NCBI GenBank assembly: GCA_050951325.1
Contig: JBMNIW010000005.1
Span: 96,001-160,000 of the forward strand
Direction: 5' to 3'
DNA from: Clostridia bacterium
Lineage (GTDB): Bacteria > Bacillota > Clostridia > UBA1212 > DUPL01
DNA length: 64,000 bases
Position numbers and translations under genes: made by a program. Below, in pieces: positions 29,364 to 39,449 of this stretch; within the stretch, counting starts at the first letter, position 1; the number at the start of each line of letters is the position of its first letter. The notes below the pieces were generated by a model that was not told where the DNA came from, searched no databases, and saw nothing but the letters and a program-made list of their open reading frames with translations.

Positions 29364-30374
29364 ATGAAAAAAGTTCAGATTTATACTGACGGCGCATGTT
29401 CGGGAAACCCAGGTCCTGGAGGGTATGCTGCCATACTCATATACGACAAGCATGAAAAAGAGATATGGGGATATGAAGACAATACAACTAACAACAGAAT
29501 GGAGCTTATGGCACCAATAAAAGCCTTGTCGATGTTGAAAACCAAATGTGAAGTTGAAATTTATTCGGATAGTGCATATGTTGTAAACAGTTTCAATATG
29601 GGATGGATATATGCCTGGAAGAAAAACGGATGGAAGAAGGACAAGGGTCAGGAGCTAAAAAATGTTGACCTGCTTCAAAAATTGTATGCTCTTTGTCAAA
29701 AGCACAAAGTTACCTGGCACAAGGTAAAGGGACACAGTGACAATGAATACAACAATCGCTGCGATGCTCTTGCGGTAAATGCAATAAAGGAACTGATAAA
29801 AAAAAAGAAGGAAAACAATGAAAATAGTGGATTTTATGAAGGAGATTTGAAGGAAACTGTCATATCAATAGAGGAAATATTCAAAGGCAAGGTTTTCGAT
29901 GTGAATGTATTGCAGGTAAAAATGCCTGATGACACGGTGGCTCGCAGGGAGATTGTTTCACATCCGGGAGGAGCAGCCATCTGTGCTGTTGATGATGAGG
30001 GTTATGTGTATACGGTTGTCCAGTACAGGATTGCAACAAGCGGTGAGCTGATAGAAATACCTGCAGGCAAGGTGGAGAAGGGTGAAGATCCGAAAGAATG
30101 CGCCAAAAGGGAACTGGCTGAAGAGACAGGTTTGATTGCAAAAGAAGTAAGACATATTGTAAGCTTTTATGCAACACCTGGATACTGCACAGAAATGCTC
30201 CACATATATCTTGCTACAGGTCTAGAAGAGGGTAATCTCAACAGAGACGAGGGCGAATTTCTTCATGTAAGAAAATACAAAATCGATGAATTAATGAGAA
30301 TGATTCAAAATGGGGAAATTACGGATGGTAAAACAATAATTGCAGCAATGTGGGCAAAAATGAATTGGAGATGA
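29364..30374 (+). CDS. rnhA: Ribonuclease HI fused to NudF-like NUDIX hydrolase
   Basis: YTDGACSGNPGPGG, TNNRMEL, SDSAY, KVKGH...N.RCD; C-terminal Nudix box GKVEKGEDPKECAKRELAEETG. Confidence 0.88.
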   Translation: MKKVQIYTDGACSGNPGPGGYAAILIYDKHEKEIWGYEDNTTNNRMELMAPIKALSMLKTKCEVEIYSDSAYVVNSFNMGWIYAWKKNGWKKDKGQELKNVDLLQKLYALCQKHKVTWHKVKGHSDNEYNNRCDALAVNAIKELIKKKKENNENSGFYEGDLKETVISIEEIFKGKVFDVNVLQVKMPDDTVARREIVSHPGGAAICAVDDEGYVYTVVQYRIATSGELIEIPAGKVEKGEDPKECAKRELAEETGLIAKEVRHIVSFYATPGYCTEMLHIYLATGLEEGNLNRDEGEFLHVRKYKIDELMRMIQNGEITDGKTIIAAMWAKMNWR

Positions 30375-31642
30375 TTCATTTGAGAATGTATGACATTATT
30401 CATAAAAAGAGACATGGGAAAAAACTAAGTGAAGATGAAATTAAGTATTTTGTGACCGAGTATACAAAAGGGAACATACCTGATTATCAGGCATCTGCTC
30501 TTTTAATGGCCATTGCGATAAACTCAATGGACAAAGAAGAAACTTCGTATCTTACCAAGTGGATGGTGAATTCTGGGGAGGTACTGAGTCTTGATTCGAT
30601 TCCCGGCAAAAAGACAGACAAACACAGTACAGGAGGTGTTGGGGACAAAACCACACTTATATGTGCAATGATTGTTGCAGCCTTGGATGTGCCTGTGGCA
30701 AAAATGTCAGGAAGGGGACTGGGGCACACAGGCGGCACTATCGATAAACTTGAATCCATCCCCGGATTCAGAACAAGCCTGACAAGACAGGAATTTATTG
30801 AACTTGTAAAAAAGAACAATATTGCCATATGTGGTCAGTCGGAGTCCCTTGCGCCTGCGGACAAATTACTATACGCATTAAGAGATCAGACAGCGACTGT
30901 TGACAGTATTCCACTTATTGCATCCAGTATAATGAGCAAGAAGATTGCTGCAGGCAGCGACTGCATTGTATTGGATGTAAAGGTTGGGAAAGGCGCATTT
31001 ATGAAAACCTTTGATGAAGCAAGGGTTTTGGCTGACCTTATGTGTGAGATTGGCGCATCCATGAATAGAAAAGCTGTTAGCGTCATATCCGATATGAACG
31101 AACCTCTCGGTTATGCAATTGGCAATTCTCTTGAGGTTGTTGAGTCGATTGAAACATTGAAGGGAAACGGACCTGAAGATCTTTGCAGCATTGCAATCAA
31201 GCTGGCCGCCAATATGGTGTCTTTGGCTAAAGATATTGGCTATGAGGATGCTGAGAGGTTGTGTAAGGAAGTATTGGAAAACGGGAAGGCTTTGGGAAAG
31301 TTTCGTGAGTTTGTCAAATGTCAGGATGGAGATACGAGAGTTGTTGACGACTATACAGTATTCAAGCAGCCAAGAAGAGTATTTGAATACAACTCTGAGA
31401 AAAGTGGCATGATTAAGAGTATCGATTCGTATAAGATTGGAAACGCTGCATGTATACTTGGAGCAGGCAGGACTGTAAAAGATGGTAAGATTGATCCCTC
31501 TGCAGGCATCGTTTTGGAACGAAAGTCAGGCGAAAGAGTTGAAAAGGGCGAATGTTTGGCGAAATTGTATACCGATATTGACAATATCGATAATGCGATA
31601 AATATATTGAATACTGCCTGGGAAATTGAGGAAGGAGTGTGA
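30371..31642 (+). CDS. pdp: Pyrimidine-nucleoside (thymidine) phosphorylase
   Basis: DKHSTGGVGDK, KMSGRGLGHTGGTIDKLESI, SSIMSKK. Confidence 0.95.
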   Translation: MIHLRMYDIIHKKRHGKKLSEDEIKYFVTEYTKGNIPDYQASALLMAIAINSMDKEETSYLTKWMVNSGEVLSLDSIPGKKTDKHSTGGVGDKTTLICAMIVAALDVPVAKMSGRGLGHTGGTIDKLESIPGFRTSLTRQEFIELVKKNNIAICGQSESLAPADKLLYALRDQTATVDSIPLIASSIMSKKIAAGSDCIVLDVKVGKGAFMKTFDEARVLADLMCEIGASMNRKAVSVISDMNEPLGYAIGNSLEVVESIETLKGNGPEDLCSIAIKLAANMVSLAKDIGYEDAERLCKEVLENGKALGKFREFVKCQDGDTRVVDDYTVFKQPRRVFEYNSEKSGMIKSIDSYKIGNAACILGAGRTVKDGKIDPSAGIVLERKSGERVEKGECLAKLYTDIDNIDNAINILNTAWEIEEGV

Positions 31643-31646
31643 TTTT

Positions 31647-32861
31647 ATGAAAACAAAAAGAGTGTTTTCTTTATTGCTTTGCATGATTCTAGTTTTTACC
31701 AGTTATGTTGGTATTTTTGCGACAGGCTATTCTCAAACTGAGGCAAACTCAATATATTCCAATGCTGATGTGAAAGACTTGAGTGCAAAAGGTTTTTCGC
31801 TTCTGGATTTTGATTCGGGTACCATTGTTTATGATGGGAATGGAGATAAGAAATTTCCTGTTGGAAACATGATCAAGTTAATGACACTCTATCTTGCTTT
31901 CGAGGCAATTAGCAACGGTCAAACGACATTGGATACTGAATTTGCCGTTGTACAAAGTGCTCAAGATAAATCCATAGGAAGAGAAAGAGTGTTTTTGGAT
32001 GCAGGTAAAAAGGAAAGAATAACGGTTGGCCAGGCGATTGAAGCAATATGCATAGCGTCAGCAAATGATGCTGCATATGCTCTTGCTCATTACATAGGGA
32101 AAAACGAAGACGGTTTCGTTGAAATGATGAACAAAAAGGCGCTGGAGCTGGGACTAAAGAATACCTTCTTCACCGACTCTGCAGGTATTGAAGATGGACA
32201 TTACATGTCAGCAAATGATGCTGCTATTCTGTCGTATCACTTGATAAAGAATTATCCAGATGTTTTGAATTACACCATAAAGACCTATGGAGAGTTTGAA
32301 CATTGGTCAACGGGTCAGGAAAAAACAATGATGGTGTCGTCAAATCATCTGATTAAATTTTACAATGGAAGCGATGGTTTGATAACAGGTTATTCCAAAG
32401 AGGATGGATACGCTGGAGTTGGAACAATTTCGGTTGATGAAAAGCGAGTTATTGCTGTTGTAATTGGTGTTGAAACTCAGAGTCACAGAGCTGCAGAATT
32501 AAAAAAGCTTCTTGAGTATGGACTTTCCGAATTTGAGTACAGGGTTATAGATGAAGCAGGTACTTTTGTCAGAAGAGTGCCAATTAAGGACGGGGTAAAG
32601 AAGCAAATAGCGACAGCTACGGCAAGTGATTTTGCAATTGTTCTTCAAAAATCAAAGTTTGACAAAATTGCAAGAGAAGTCACAGTGAGCAGAAATTTGA
32701 AAGCACCTATTAAAAAAGGTGAAGTTGTTGGTGAAGTGGTTTACAAGCTGGATGATGAGGAAATTGGCAGAGTCGACATAGTTGCAGACGAAGATATGGG
32801 AAGAGTTGGCTGGTTCAAAAGGCTTATCAGGAAAATACTTGCATGGCTCGGGCTTGATTAG
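31647..32861 (+). CDS. DacF-like D-Ala-D-Ala carboxypeptidase homolog lacking the catalytic Ser and the KTG Lys
   Basis: S11 fold with PBP5 C-terminal domain; PVGNMIK replaces ASxxK, SAN retained, GLITG replaces GLKTG. Confidence 0.8.
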   Translation: MKTKRVFSLLLCMILVFTSYVGIFATGYSQTEANSIYSNADVKDLSAKGFSLLDFDSGTIVYDGNGDKKFPVGNMIKLMTLYLAFEAISNGQTTLDTEFAVVQSAQDKSIGRERVFLDAGKKERITVGQAIEAICIASANDAAYALAHYIGKNEDGFVEMMNKKALELGLKNTFFTDSAGIEDGHYMSANDAAILSYHLIKNYPDVLNYTIKTYGEFEHWSTGQEKTMMVSSNHLIKFYNGSDGLITGYSKEDGYAGVGTISVDEKRVIAVVIGVETQSHRAAELKKLLEYGLSEFEYRVIDEAGTFVRRVPIKDGVKKQIATATASDFAIVLQKSKFDKIAREVTVSRNLKAPIKKGEVVGEVVYKLDDEEIGRVDIVADEDMGRVGWFKRLIRKILAWLGLD

Positions 32862-32865
32862 AAAG

Positions 32866-32894
32866 GTATAAAATATATTTTAGATGGCATAATA
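32866..32894 (+). promoter_or_regulatory. Putative sigma-G promoter of the SASP gene
   Basis: GTATA-N17-CATAATA upstream of the SASP gene. Confidence 0.55.
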
Positions 32895-32932
32895 TTATCG
32901 CAACACAAAAATTAAGTAAGTGTGGTGATATT

Positions 32933-33118
32933 ATGGCTAACAACAAAAACAAATCTGCATTCAATCAGATGAAGTTCGAAGTTGCTAAAGAACTTGGTAT
33001 TGATCTGAAAGAAGGCTACAATGGCGACAAAACAGCACGCGAAAACGGTGCCATTGGCGGTCGTATAACTCAGAAGGTTTTTGAGCAATATACTGGAAAG
33101 AATTACAAGAACCAATAA
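32933..33118 (+). CDS. Alpha/beta-type small acid-soluble spore protein
   Basis: QMKFEVAKELG......NGD.TARENGAIGG.IT. Confidence 0.92.
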   Translation: MANNKNKSAFNQMKFEVAKELGIDLKEGYNGDKTARENGAIGGRITQKVFEQYTGKNYKNQ

Positions 33119-33129
33119 TTCCTTAGATA

Positions 33130-33165
33130 AAACAAGGTATCCCGATTTTTGGGATACCTTGTTTG
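33130..33165. terminator. Bidirectional intrinsic terminator
   Basis: AAACAAGGTATCCC...GGGATACCTTGTTT. Confidence 0.75.
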
Positions 33166-33166
33166 A

Positions 33167-33817
33167 CTAGAATATGGGTGATAGAATTAAGGCGAAAAAA
33201 TTAATCATAAGTGATACAGGTGTGTGTATAAGGTAGTAGCCAAGTGGGGTTGAACGCAGAAGAAGTATGAATCCGATAAAAATGAACATACTGTATTTTT
33301 CTATGTTATAGAGTACATTGTTGTATTTGTATGGCACAAAGTTGGTTATGAAATAGTAGCCGTCAAGTCCTGGAAGTGGCAGTAGGTAAAACATTCCCAA
33401 AGACAAAGAAATAGTGCAACCCAGATATAACATCAATGAAATAATATCCGATACCATGCTGATAGGTAGCAGGGATTCTGATAATGCACTCAAAAAGAAC
33501 AGAATAAACCCACCTATAATGCAGGATATGGGTCCTGATATATAGAAAATTGCTACATCTCTTTTAATCTTCTTGAAGAACCTGGTTCTAACTGGGACAG
33601 GTTTTGCCCATCCTATACCAAATAAAATAATGAAAATGAACCCTATGAGGTCAATATGAGCCGCTGGATTCATTGTAAGGCGTCCCGCATTTCTTGGAGT
33701 TGGATCACCGAGTTTTCCAGCAACAAAGGATTGAAAGAATCCTTTGAATGAAAATATAAAAATGATACCAGGGATGCTTAACAGCATGTTTCTGAATTCG
33801 CCTATCAAGTAACTCAT
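33167..33817 (-). CDS. Site-2 protease (M50, YwhC-like) homolog lacking HExxH
   Basis: LGDPTP...GRLTMNP..HID.IG, GWAKPVPV, LP.PGLDG; KGFFQ at the HExxH position; AAGGAG RBS. Confidence 0.8.
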   Translation of the reverse strand: MSYLIGEFRNMLLSIPGIIFIFSFKGFFQSFVAGKLGDPTPRNAGRLTMNPAAHIDLIGFIFIILFGIGWAKPVPVRTRFFKKIKRDVAIFYISGPISCIIGGFILFFLSALSESLLPISMVSDIISLMLYLGCTISLSLGMFYLLPLPGLDGYYFITNFVPYKYNNVLYNIEKYSMFIFIGFILLLRSTPLGYYLIHTPVSLMINFFALILSPIF

Positions 33818-33951
33818 GATTGTCTCCTTTGTAATATGTGATGTGTTTTTCTTTGAAATGATATCATATAAATATTGGCAAATCAAATATTTTTAATTTA
33901 CAAACATCTCCGTTTTATATATAATACCTCATGTGAAACGTAGAAAGAGGT

Positions 33952-34743
33952 GTGAGATTATTTTTGGAACCTGTTAAAATACGTTTGGATAATTTTGAGG
34001 GTCCTTATGATTTACTGTTATCCTTACTGGAAAAAAACAAGCTTGAAATAACTGAAATATCGATTACTGAAATAGCTGATCAATATATTGAATACATAAG
34101 CAGCGCAGGCGGATTTGATCTTGATATTGCCAGCGAGTTTCTTGTAATGGGTGCAACTCTTATCCATATGAAATCAAAGAGACTATTACCAAAGCCTGAA
34201 GAGGAAGAGGAGGAGCTTACTGCAGAGGAGCTTGCAAGGCGTCTCTCCTTGTACAAGAGTATTAAACAGGCTTCATATACCCTGGAAAAAGATATGGAGT
34301 TCTGGTCACAGTGTCTGTACAAGAAACCTGAAGAACTTAACTTTCCAAGAAGGGAAGAAATATTGGATTTGAATATATTTGAGTTGTCAAATTGCATGAC
34401 AATTTTACAGCAACGTTTGAAGGACAGAAGGCAGGACACCAGCAAGAAAATGGAGCAAATCCTTGAAAGGGAGAAGGTAAGTCTAAAGGACATGATGGTA
34501 AGAGTAGTTAATGTAATTACCAAAAAGACAAGGACTAGGTTCTCCGAGCTGTTTTCATTGAAACGGCATAGTAAGACGGAGGTTGTTACAGGTTTTCTTG
34601 CAATATTGGAACTTGATAAGGGAAAAAAGATAAAACTTCAGCAAGAGAAGTTGTTTGATGAGATAGATATTTATCTTAACAATAATGGAAACGACAATAA
34701 TTTGGAAGAGTTTCTAAATTCATATGACGATATTGATATGTAA
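33952..34743 (+). CDS. scpA: Segregation and condensation protein A
   Basis: FEGPYDLLL.L, ASEFLVM.ATL...KS..LLP, FLAILEL. Confidence 0.93.
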   Translation: MRLFLEPVKIRLDNFEGPYDLLLSLLEKNKLEITEISITEIADQYIEYISSAGGFDLDIASEFLVMGATLIHMKSKRLLPKPEEEEEELTAEELARRLSLYKSIKQASYTLEKDMEFWSQCLYKKPEELNFPRREEILDLNIFELSNCMTILQQRLKDRRQDTSKKMEQILEREKVSLKDMMVRVVNVITKKTRTRFSELFSLKRHSKTEVVTGFLAILELDKGKKIKLQQEKLFDEIDIYLNNNGNDNNLEEFLNSYDDIDM

Positions 34744-34756
34744 AGGATGGTAGTGG

Positions 34757-35296
34757 ATGAAAAACTACGAAGCAATAATTGAGGCGTTGCTTTTTGCATC
34801 AGGCCATAAGGTGGAAGCGAGTGAAATGGCGTCCGTTTTAGGGTTGGATAATAAAGAGTTGATTGACATAATGGACAGGCTTATAAAAAAGTATGATGAA
34901 AACAATGGCGGTTTGATGATTAGAAAGATAAAAGACGGATATCAAATGTGTTCAAGACCTGAGTATCATGATGATATAAAGGAATATTTTGAACAGCCAC
35001 AAAAACAAGGCCTTACCAGAGCCGCCATGGAAACTTTGAGTGTAGTCGCATACAATCAGCCCATAACCAGGGCTGGTATAGAGTTTATAAGAGGTGTCAA
35101 CAGCGACAGTAGTCTATTAAAGCTTGTTGAAAGAGGTTTGGTAAAGGAAGTTGGTAGAAGTGACGGCCCGGGCAGACCAATTCTTTATGGAACTACAGAT
35201 AATTTTCTTAGAAGTGTTGGTATTTCTTCTTTGGCGGAACTTCCTCCGCTTCAGGAGAATGTCGCTAGCGACATCTCCGAAACGGACGAGGAATAA
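34757..35296 (+). CDS. scpB: SMC-Scp complex subunit ScpB
   Basis: IEALLF, ETL..VAYNQPITR..IE.IRGV, GRPILYGTT. Confidence 0.95.
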   Translation: MKNYEAIIEALLFASGHKVEASEMASVLGLDNKELIDIMDRLIKKYDENNGGLMIRKIKDGYQMCSRPEYHDDIKEYFEQPQKQGLTRAAMETLSVVAYNQPITRAGIEFIRGVNSDSSLLKLVERGLVKEVGRSDGPGRPILYGTTDNFLRSVGISSLAELPPLQENVASDISETDEE

Positions 35297-35758
35297 CTAA
35301 ATATTCAGTTCGTCAAATTCTTCCTGTTCTTTTTTTTCCCTGTTTTGGGCTATTAAATTATTTACCCTGTTTACAAGATCCGGTATCATTTTAACAAGCT
35401 GTTCTGCAACGGTATTGCTGGTTACCGGCAGCAGCTGAACATCTCCACCTCCAACAACCATGAATGCTACAGGAGTGATGCAAACACCTGCTCCGCTTCC
35501 TCCAGCAAAGGGATATTTGACAGGAGTTATTAGTTTGTCATCCAGTGGAGAATTTCCTTTTGTAGATTCTGAAAAATCAATATCCCCATAGTATTCACCA
35601 CCGCCTGCTGCCAGGCCGAATGACACCTTGGATATTGGAAGGATAACAAATCCATCTGGTGTTTGTACCGGGTCTCCAATTATGGTGTTGACATCCACCA
35701 TATCTTTTATGCTTTGCATAGCTGTTTCCATTAAACCGTTTATTGGATGATTTGCCAT
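35297..35758 (-). CDS. ytfJ: Sporulation protein YtfJ/GerW
   Basis: HPI..LM.TAM..IK.MVDVNTI.GDP, PISKVSFG..AGG, FAGGSGAGV.I.PVAF. Confidence 0.92.
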   Translation of the reverse strand: MANHPINGLMETAMQSIKDMVDVNTIIGDPVQTPDGFVILPISKVSFGLAAGGGEYYGDIDFSESTKGNSPLDDKLITPVKYPFAGGSGAGVCITPVAFMVVGGGDVQLLPVTSNTVAEQLVKMIPDLVNRVNNLIAQNREKKEQEEFDELNI

Positions 35759-35763
35759 AGTAC

Positions 35764-36234
35764 TTATCCTTTCTTTTTTTTGATATATAGTTTTAGCAAT
35801 CGTATTGCTGCAGATATAATATTAACAAAATTTAGTTTAAATATACATTCAGCATACAGTTTGATTATTGCATTGTTGTATCTAGGATTGATTCTAACTT
35901 TTGTTTTTTGAATGTATGCAATATTTGATAGAAAACCAATGAGCGAACCGACAAAGGAGTAAAGCATTCCTACTGATACGGCTGTCAATGCCGGATCTGC
36001 TAGACCCAAATCTCCTTTAAACTCCAAGTATTCGATTTTTCTTTTCTTTGTGCTTTCCCATAGAATTTTGGTAATTTCAGTTCCTTTGAATTTTGCTTTT
36101 CTTTTTTTCTTCTTCTTTTTTATCTTTTTGGGAGCGCTTGGTATCTTGTATGTCTTTATTATTATGCCAAATAGCATAATATGTATAAAAATATGGATGT
36201 CATCACCAAATTCTGCCTGTATCCAGATTTTCAA
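35764..36234 (-). CDS. DUF2953 / YtfI-like sporulation protein
   Basis: G..DPALTA...G motif; directly upstream of ytfJ. Confidence 0.75.
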   Translation of the reverse strand: MKIWIQAEFGDDIHIFIHIMLFGIIIKTYKIPSAPKKIKKKKKKRKAKFKGTEITKILWESTKKRKIEYLEFKGDLGLADPALTAVSVGMLYSFVGSLIGFLSNIAYIQKTKVRINPRYNNAIIKLYAECIFKLNFVNIISAAIRLLKLYIKKKKG

Positions 36235-36276
36235 GAAAACCTCCCTCTTCCATATGAAAAAATTGTAAGCCCATGA

Positions 36277-36307
36277 CTATATTGCACATTATTTTCCTTG
36301 TTTATAC
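36277..36307 (-). promoter_or_regulatory. Putative forespore sigma-F/G promoter of ytfI-ytfJ
   Basis: Minus strand GTATA-N18-CAATATA. Confidence 0.45.
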
Positions 36308-36364
36308 TTGCAATTAAAAAATTGTTCATGTATAATGTGCATGAAATAAGGAAAAGGGATATTT

Positions 36365-37093
36365 ATGGAAAGAATTAGGTTGCAAAAATATATTGCCATG
36401 TGTGGTGTTTGCTCAAGACGGGATGCCGAAGAACTTATAAAACAAGGCAGAGTATACGTAAATGGCAGTAAAGTAGAAGAAATGGGATTGAAGATTACTT
36501 ATGAAGACAAGGTTGAAATAGATGGTAATGTAATCAGTATGGAAAAGAAAAAATACTATATAATGATGAACAAACCTACAGGTGTAATAAGTGCTGTGAG
36601 TGATGACAGAGGAAGAAAATGTGTTACTGATTTTATAAAGGGAGTTGATGCAAGACTTTATCCTGTAGGCAGGTTGGATTATGACACGCAAGGATTGATT
36701 TTAATAACCAATGATGGGGATTTCATGCAGAAATTAACTCATCCATCCCATGAAGTATGGAAAACATATGAGGCTTTGGTAAGAGGTATTCCTGATCAAA
36801 ACGACATAAAGGAGTTTGAACAAGGTTTACTGCTAGAAGATGGCATGACGCTGCCTTGTGTATTGGAGGTAATAGGATATGAGGGGAAAAACGCTATTGT
36901 AGAAGTTATGATTAGAGAAGGCAGAAACAGACAGGTTCGAAGGATGCTTGAGCGAATAAACCATCCGGTAATCAGATTGAAAAGAACGAAGATAGCATCC
37001 CTGGAGCTGGGTGATTTGAAGCCAGGCCAGTGGAGGTTTTTAAATAGTGAAGATTTCAAGGCTTTAAACATGTCAGATAGGGAACAGGCATAA
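36365..37093 (+). CDS. rluB: rRNA pseudouridine synthase (RluB/RsuA family)
   Basis: S4 domain RLQKYIA..G..SRR, YPVGRLDYDT.GL, EGRNRQVRRM; follows scpAB. Confidence 0.88.
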   Translation: MERIRLQKYIAMCGVCSRRDAEELIKQGRVYVNGSKVEEMGLKITYEDKVEIDGNVISMEKKKYYIMMNKPTGVISAVSDDRGRKCVTDFIKGVDARLYPVGRLDYDTQGLILITNDGDFMQKLTHPSHEVWKTYEALVRGIPDQNDIKEFEQGLLLEDGMTLPCVLEVIGYEGKNAIVEVMIREGRNRQVRRMLERINHPVIRLKRTKIASLELGDLKPGQWRFLNSEDFKALNMSDREQA

Positions 37094-37154
37094 GATGACT
37101 TATGCCAGGGATGGTTATTATTAAAAGCGATTTGTAAGAAAGTTCAGGTGTAAA

Positions 37155-39449
37155 ATGGATACTAAAGGGTCTATAGAAGTACTGCCATCACATGTTGTTG
37201 ATGCCCTTAGAGCCCATGATATAGATGCCAGCGACATAAAGGTCAGTGTTAAGTCGGATATGACTCTTGATAATGTGTATATGGATTCGTGGGTATTTAT
37301 AACCGGGGAACGCTTGGTTTTAATGGATGGCTTGGTACATAAGAGTGGAAAGAAGAAAGGCAAAAAAGCTGCCGAGATAAATGAAAACTGGGAAGAAAAA
37401 AGCTATACGGAATACCCAATAACAGAATTCAAGGATTTCAAGGTTGAAATATTGCCTGCAACAAACATCATAACCGCCAACAGAAATGGCGATGATTTTG
37501 TTGTGTGCAAATTTACAAACACCCTTGGAAAGAAAATGCGTGCTTTCACAGAGCTTGCCAACAAAGTTGTTGAGGGAAAGGAAATAACCGAGGAGGATTT
37601 GGCAGGCCATGATATTGAAAGCTCATACTGTCCCAAGTGCGGAAAACTATACAGAAATCAGGAAGAGAAGATTTGCATACACTGCATAGATAGAAAAAAG
37701 GTGTTTTTTAGACTTCTTAATTATGGAAGTCAATACAAATGGTATATGGTGGCAATTGTCATCTTCATTCTTATTTCTTCAGGACTGGCTCTACTGTATC
37801 CTTACCTGGGCAACAAGATATTTTACGACGAGATTCTAAGTGAAAGTGGCAAATACTATGGCAAGGTTGTAATGCTTGTCGGACTTATACTTTGCCTTCG
37901 ACTTGTTTCACTACTGGTAACAGTGCTTTATGGACGCATAAATGCATTTCTTTCAAACCACATCGTGTTCAACCTGAGAAACGACGTTTTCAAAAGCATG
38001 CAGGATCTGTCCATAAGCTTTTTCATGCACAAGCAAACTGGTTCATTAATGACTAGAGTGGACAGGGACTCCGAGCATGTTCAGTGGTTCTTCCTTGACG
38101 GAGTTCCTTACCTTATTGTCAACTTCATCAATATTGTCGGTGTGTCGCTATTGATGATATCGATTCGGCCGGTTTTGTCACTGCTTGTGCTCATACCTGC
38201 GCCTTTTATTTTCATCTTTTTTAGGAGATGGCTTCCTAAGTTTTACAAGCTATTTGGAAGATCCCATAAAAGACGTTCAGCCATGAACGCAAGGATGAAT
38301 GATTCGTTCATGGGTCTTAAAGTTGTTAAGGCTTTTGGAAAAGAAGACAAGGAAAATGAAGACTTTTCAAGATCAAGCAATCGCTTTAGCGTAGCAAACA
38401 TGCATATTGGAATAACATCCTCAACAGTTTTTCCAGTTGTAAGTTTTCTTATGTGGATGGGTTCGCTGGCAATTTACATTTTTGGTGGACTTCTAATTAT
38501 CGAAGGCAAGCTGTTGTTTGGCGATATCGCAACGTTGGTTGGATATGTGGGCATGATATATGGTCCCATGCAGTGGTTTGCCCGTCTAGTAAGCTTCTGG
38601 TCGCGAGCTATGAACTCAGCCAATAGAATCTTTGAGGTAATTGATGCAGAACCGGAAGTGAAGGAGAAAAAGGATCCTGTCAGAAAGATGGAGTTTAATG
38701 GCGATGTCAAAATAGACAATGTCTCCTTCAGTTACGAACCTAACAGAATGGTATTGAAGAATGTCAGTGTTGATGTGAAAGCCGGAGAGAACATTGGTGT
38801 GGTTGGACATTCCGGCGCAGGCAAGTCTACACTTGTCAACCTCATAACCAGATTGTATGATGTTGATTCTGGCGGAATTTATATTGATGGTATAAACATA
38901 AAGGATCTTTCCATTGAAGACTTGAAAAGCCAGATCGGCATTGTTCTTCAGGATACATATCTGTTTATGGGAACTATTGCAGAAAACATTGCGTATGGAA
39001 AGCCTGATGCTACGATGACGGAAATAATTAAAGCCGCAAAGGCTGCTTATGCGCACGAATTCATTATGAACACACCGGATGGTTATGATACAAGAATTGG
39101 TACCGGTGGACATGGTCTATCAGGAGGAGAAAGGCAAAGAGTTTCTCTTGCTAGGGCCATGCTAAAGAATCCGCGCATTTTGATTTTGGATGAGGCAACG
39201 TCAGCAATTGATACCCAGACCGAAAGCCAGATTCAGAAAGCACTTGAGAAGCTTGCCGAAGGAAGAACAACTTTCAACATAGCTCACAGATTGTCAACGT
39301 TGAGAAATGCAGACAGATTGATTGTTTTGGACAACGGTGAGATAGTTGAAATGGGTACGCACGAAGAAGTGTATGCGCAGGAAGGCGTATATCACAAACT
39401 TTACCATATTCAGAAAGAGGCATTAAAACTAAGGGGGATTAATGACTGA
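37155..39449 (+). CDS. ABC exporter (TMD+NBD) with N-terminal extension and Zn-ribbon
   Basis: CPKC...CIHC, TMD, GHSGAGKS, LSGGERQR, ILDEAT, IAHRL. Confidence 0.9.
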   Translation: MDTKGSIEVLPSHVVDALRAHDIDASDIKVSVKSDMTLDNVYMDSWVFITGERLVLMDGLVHKSGKKKGKKAAEINENWEEKSYTEYPITEFKDFKVEILPATNIITANRNGDDFVVCKFTNTLGKKMRAFTELANKVVEGKEITEEDLAGHDIESSYCPKCGKLYRNQEEKICIHCIDRKKVFFRLLNYGSQYKWYMVAIVIFILISSGLALLYPYLGNKIFYDEILSESGKYYGKVVMLVGLILCLRLVSLLVTVLYGRINAFLSNHIVFNLRNDVFKSMQDLSISFFMHKQTGSLMTRVDRDSEHVQWFFLDGVPYLIVNFINIVGVSLLMISIRPVLSLLVLIPAPFIFIFFRRWLPKFYKLFGRSHKRRSAMNARMNDSFMGLKVVKAFGKEDKENEDFSRSSNRFSVANMHIGITSSTVFPVVSFLMWMGSLAIYIFGGLLIIEGKLLFGDIATLVGYVGMIYGPMQWFARLVSFWSRAMNSANRIFEVIDAEPEVKEKKDPVRKMEFNGDVKIDNVSFSYEPNRMVLKNVSVDVKAGENIGVVGHSGAGKSTLVNLITRLYDVDSGGIYIDGINIKDLSIEDLKSQIGIVLQDTYLFMGTIAENIAYGKPDATMTEIIKAAKAAYAHEFIMNTPDGYDTRIGTGGHGLSGGERQRVSLARAMLKNPRILILDEATSAIDTQTESQIQKALEKLAEGRTTFNIAHRLSTLRNADRLIVLDNGEIVEMGTHEEVYAQEGVYHKLYHIQKEALKLRGIND

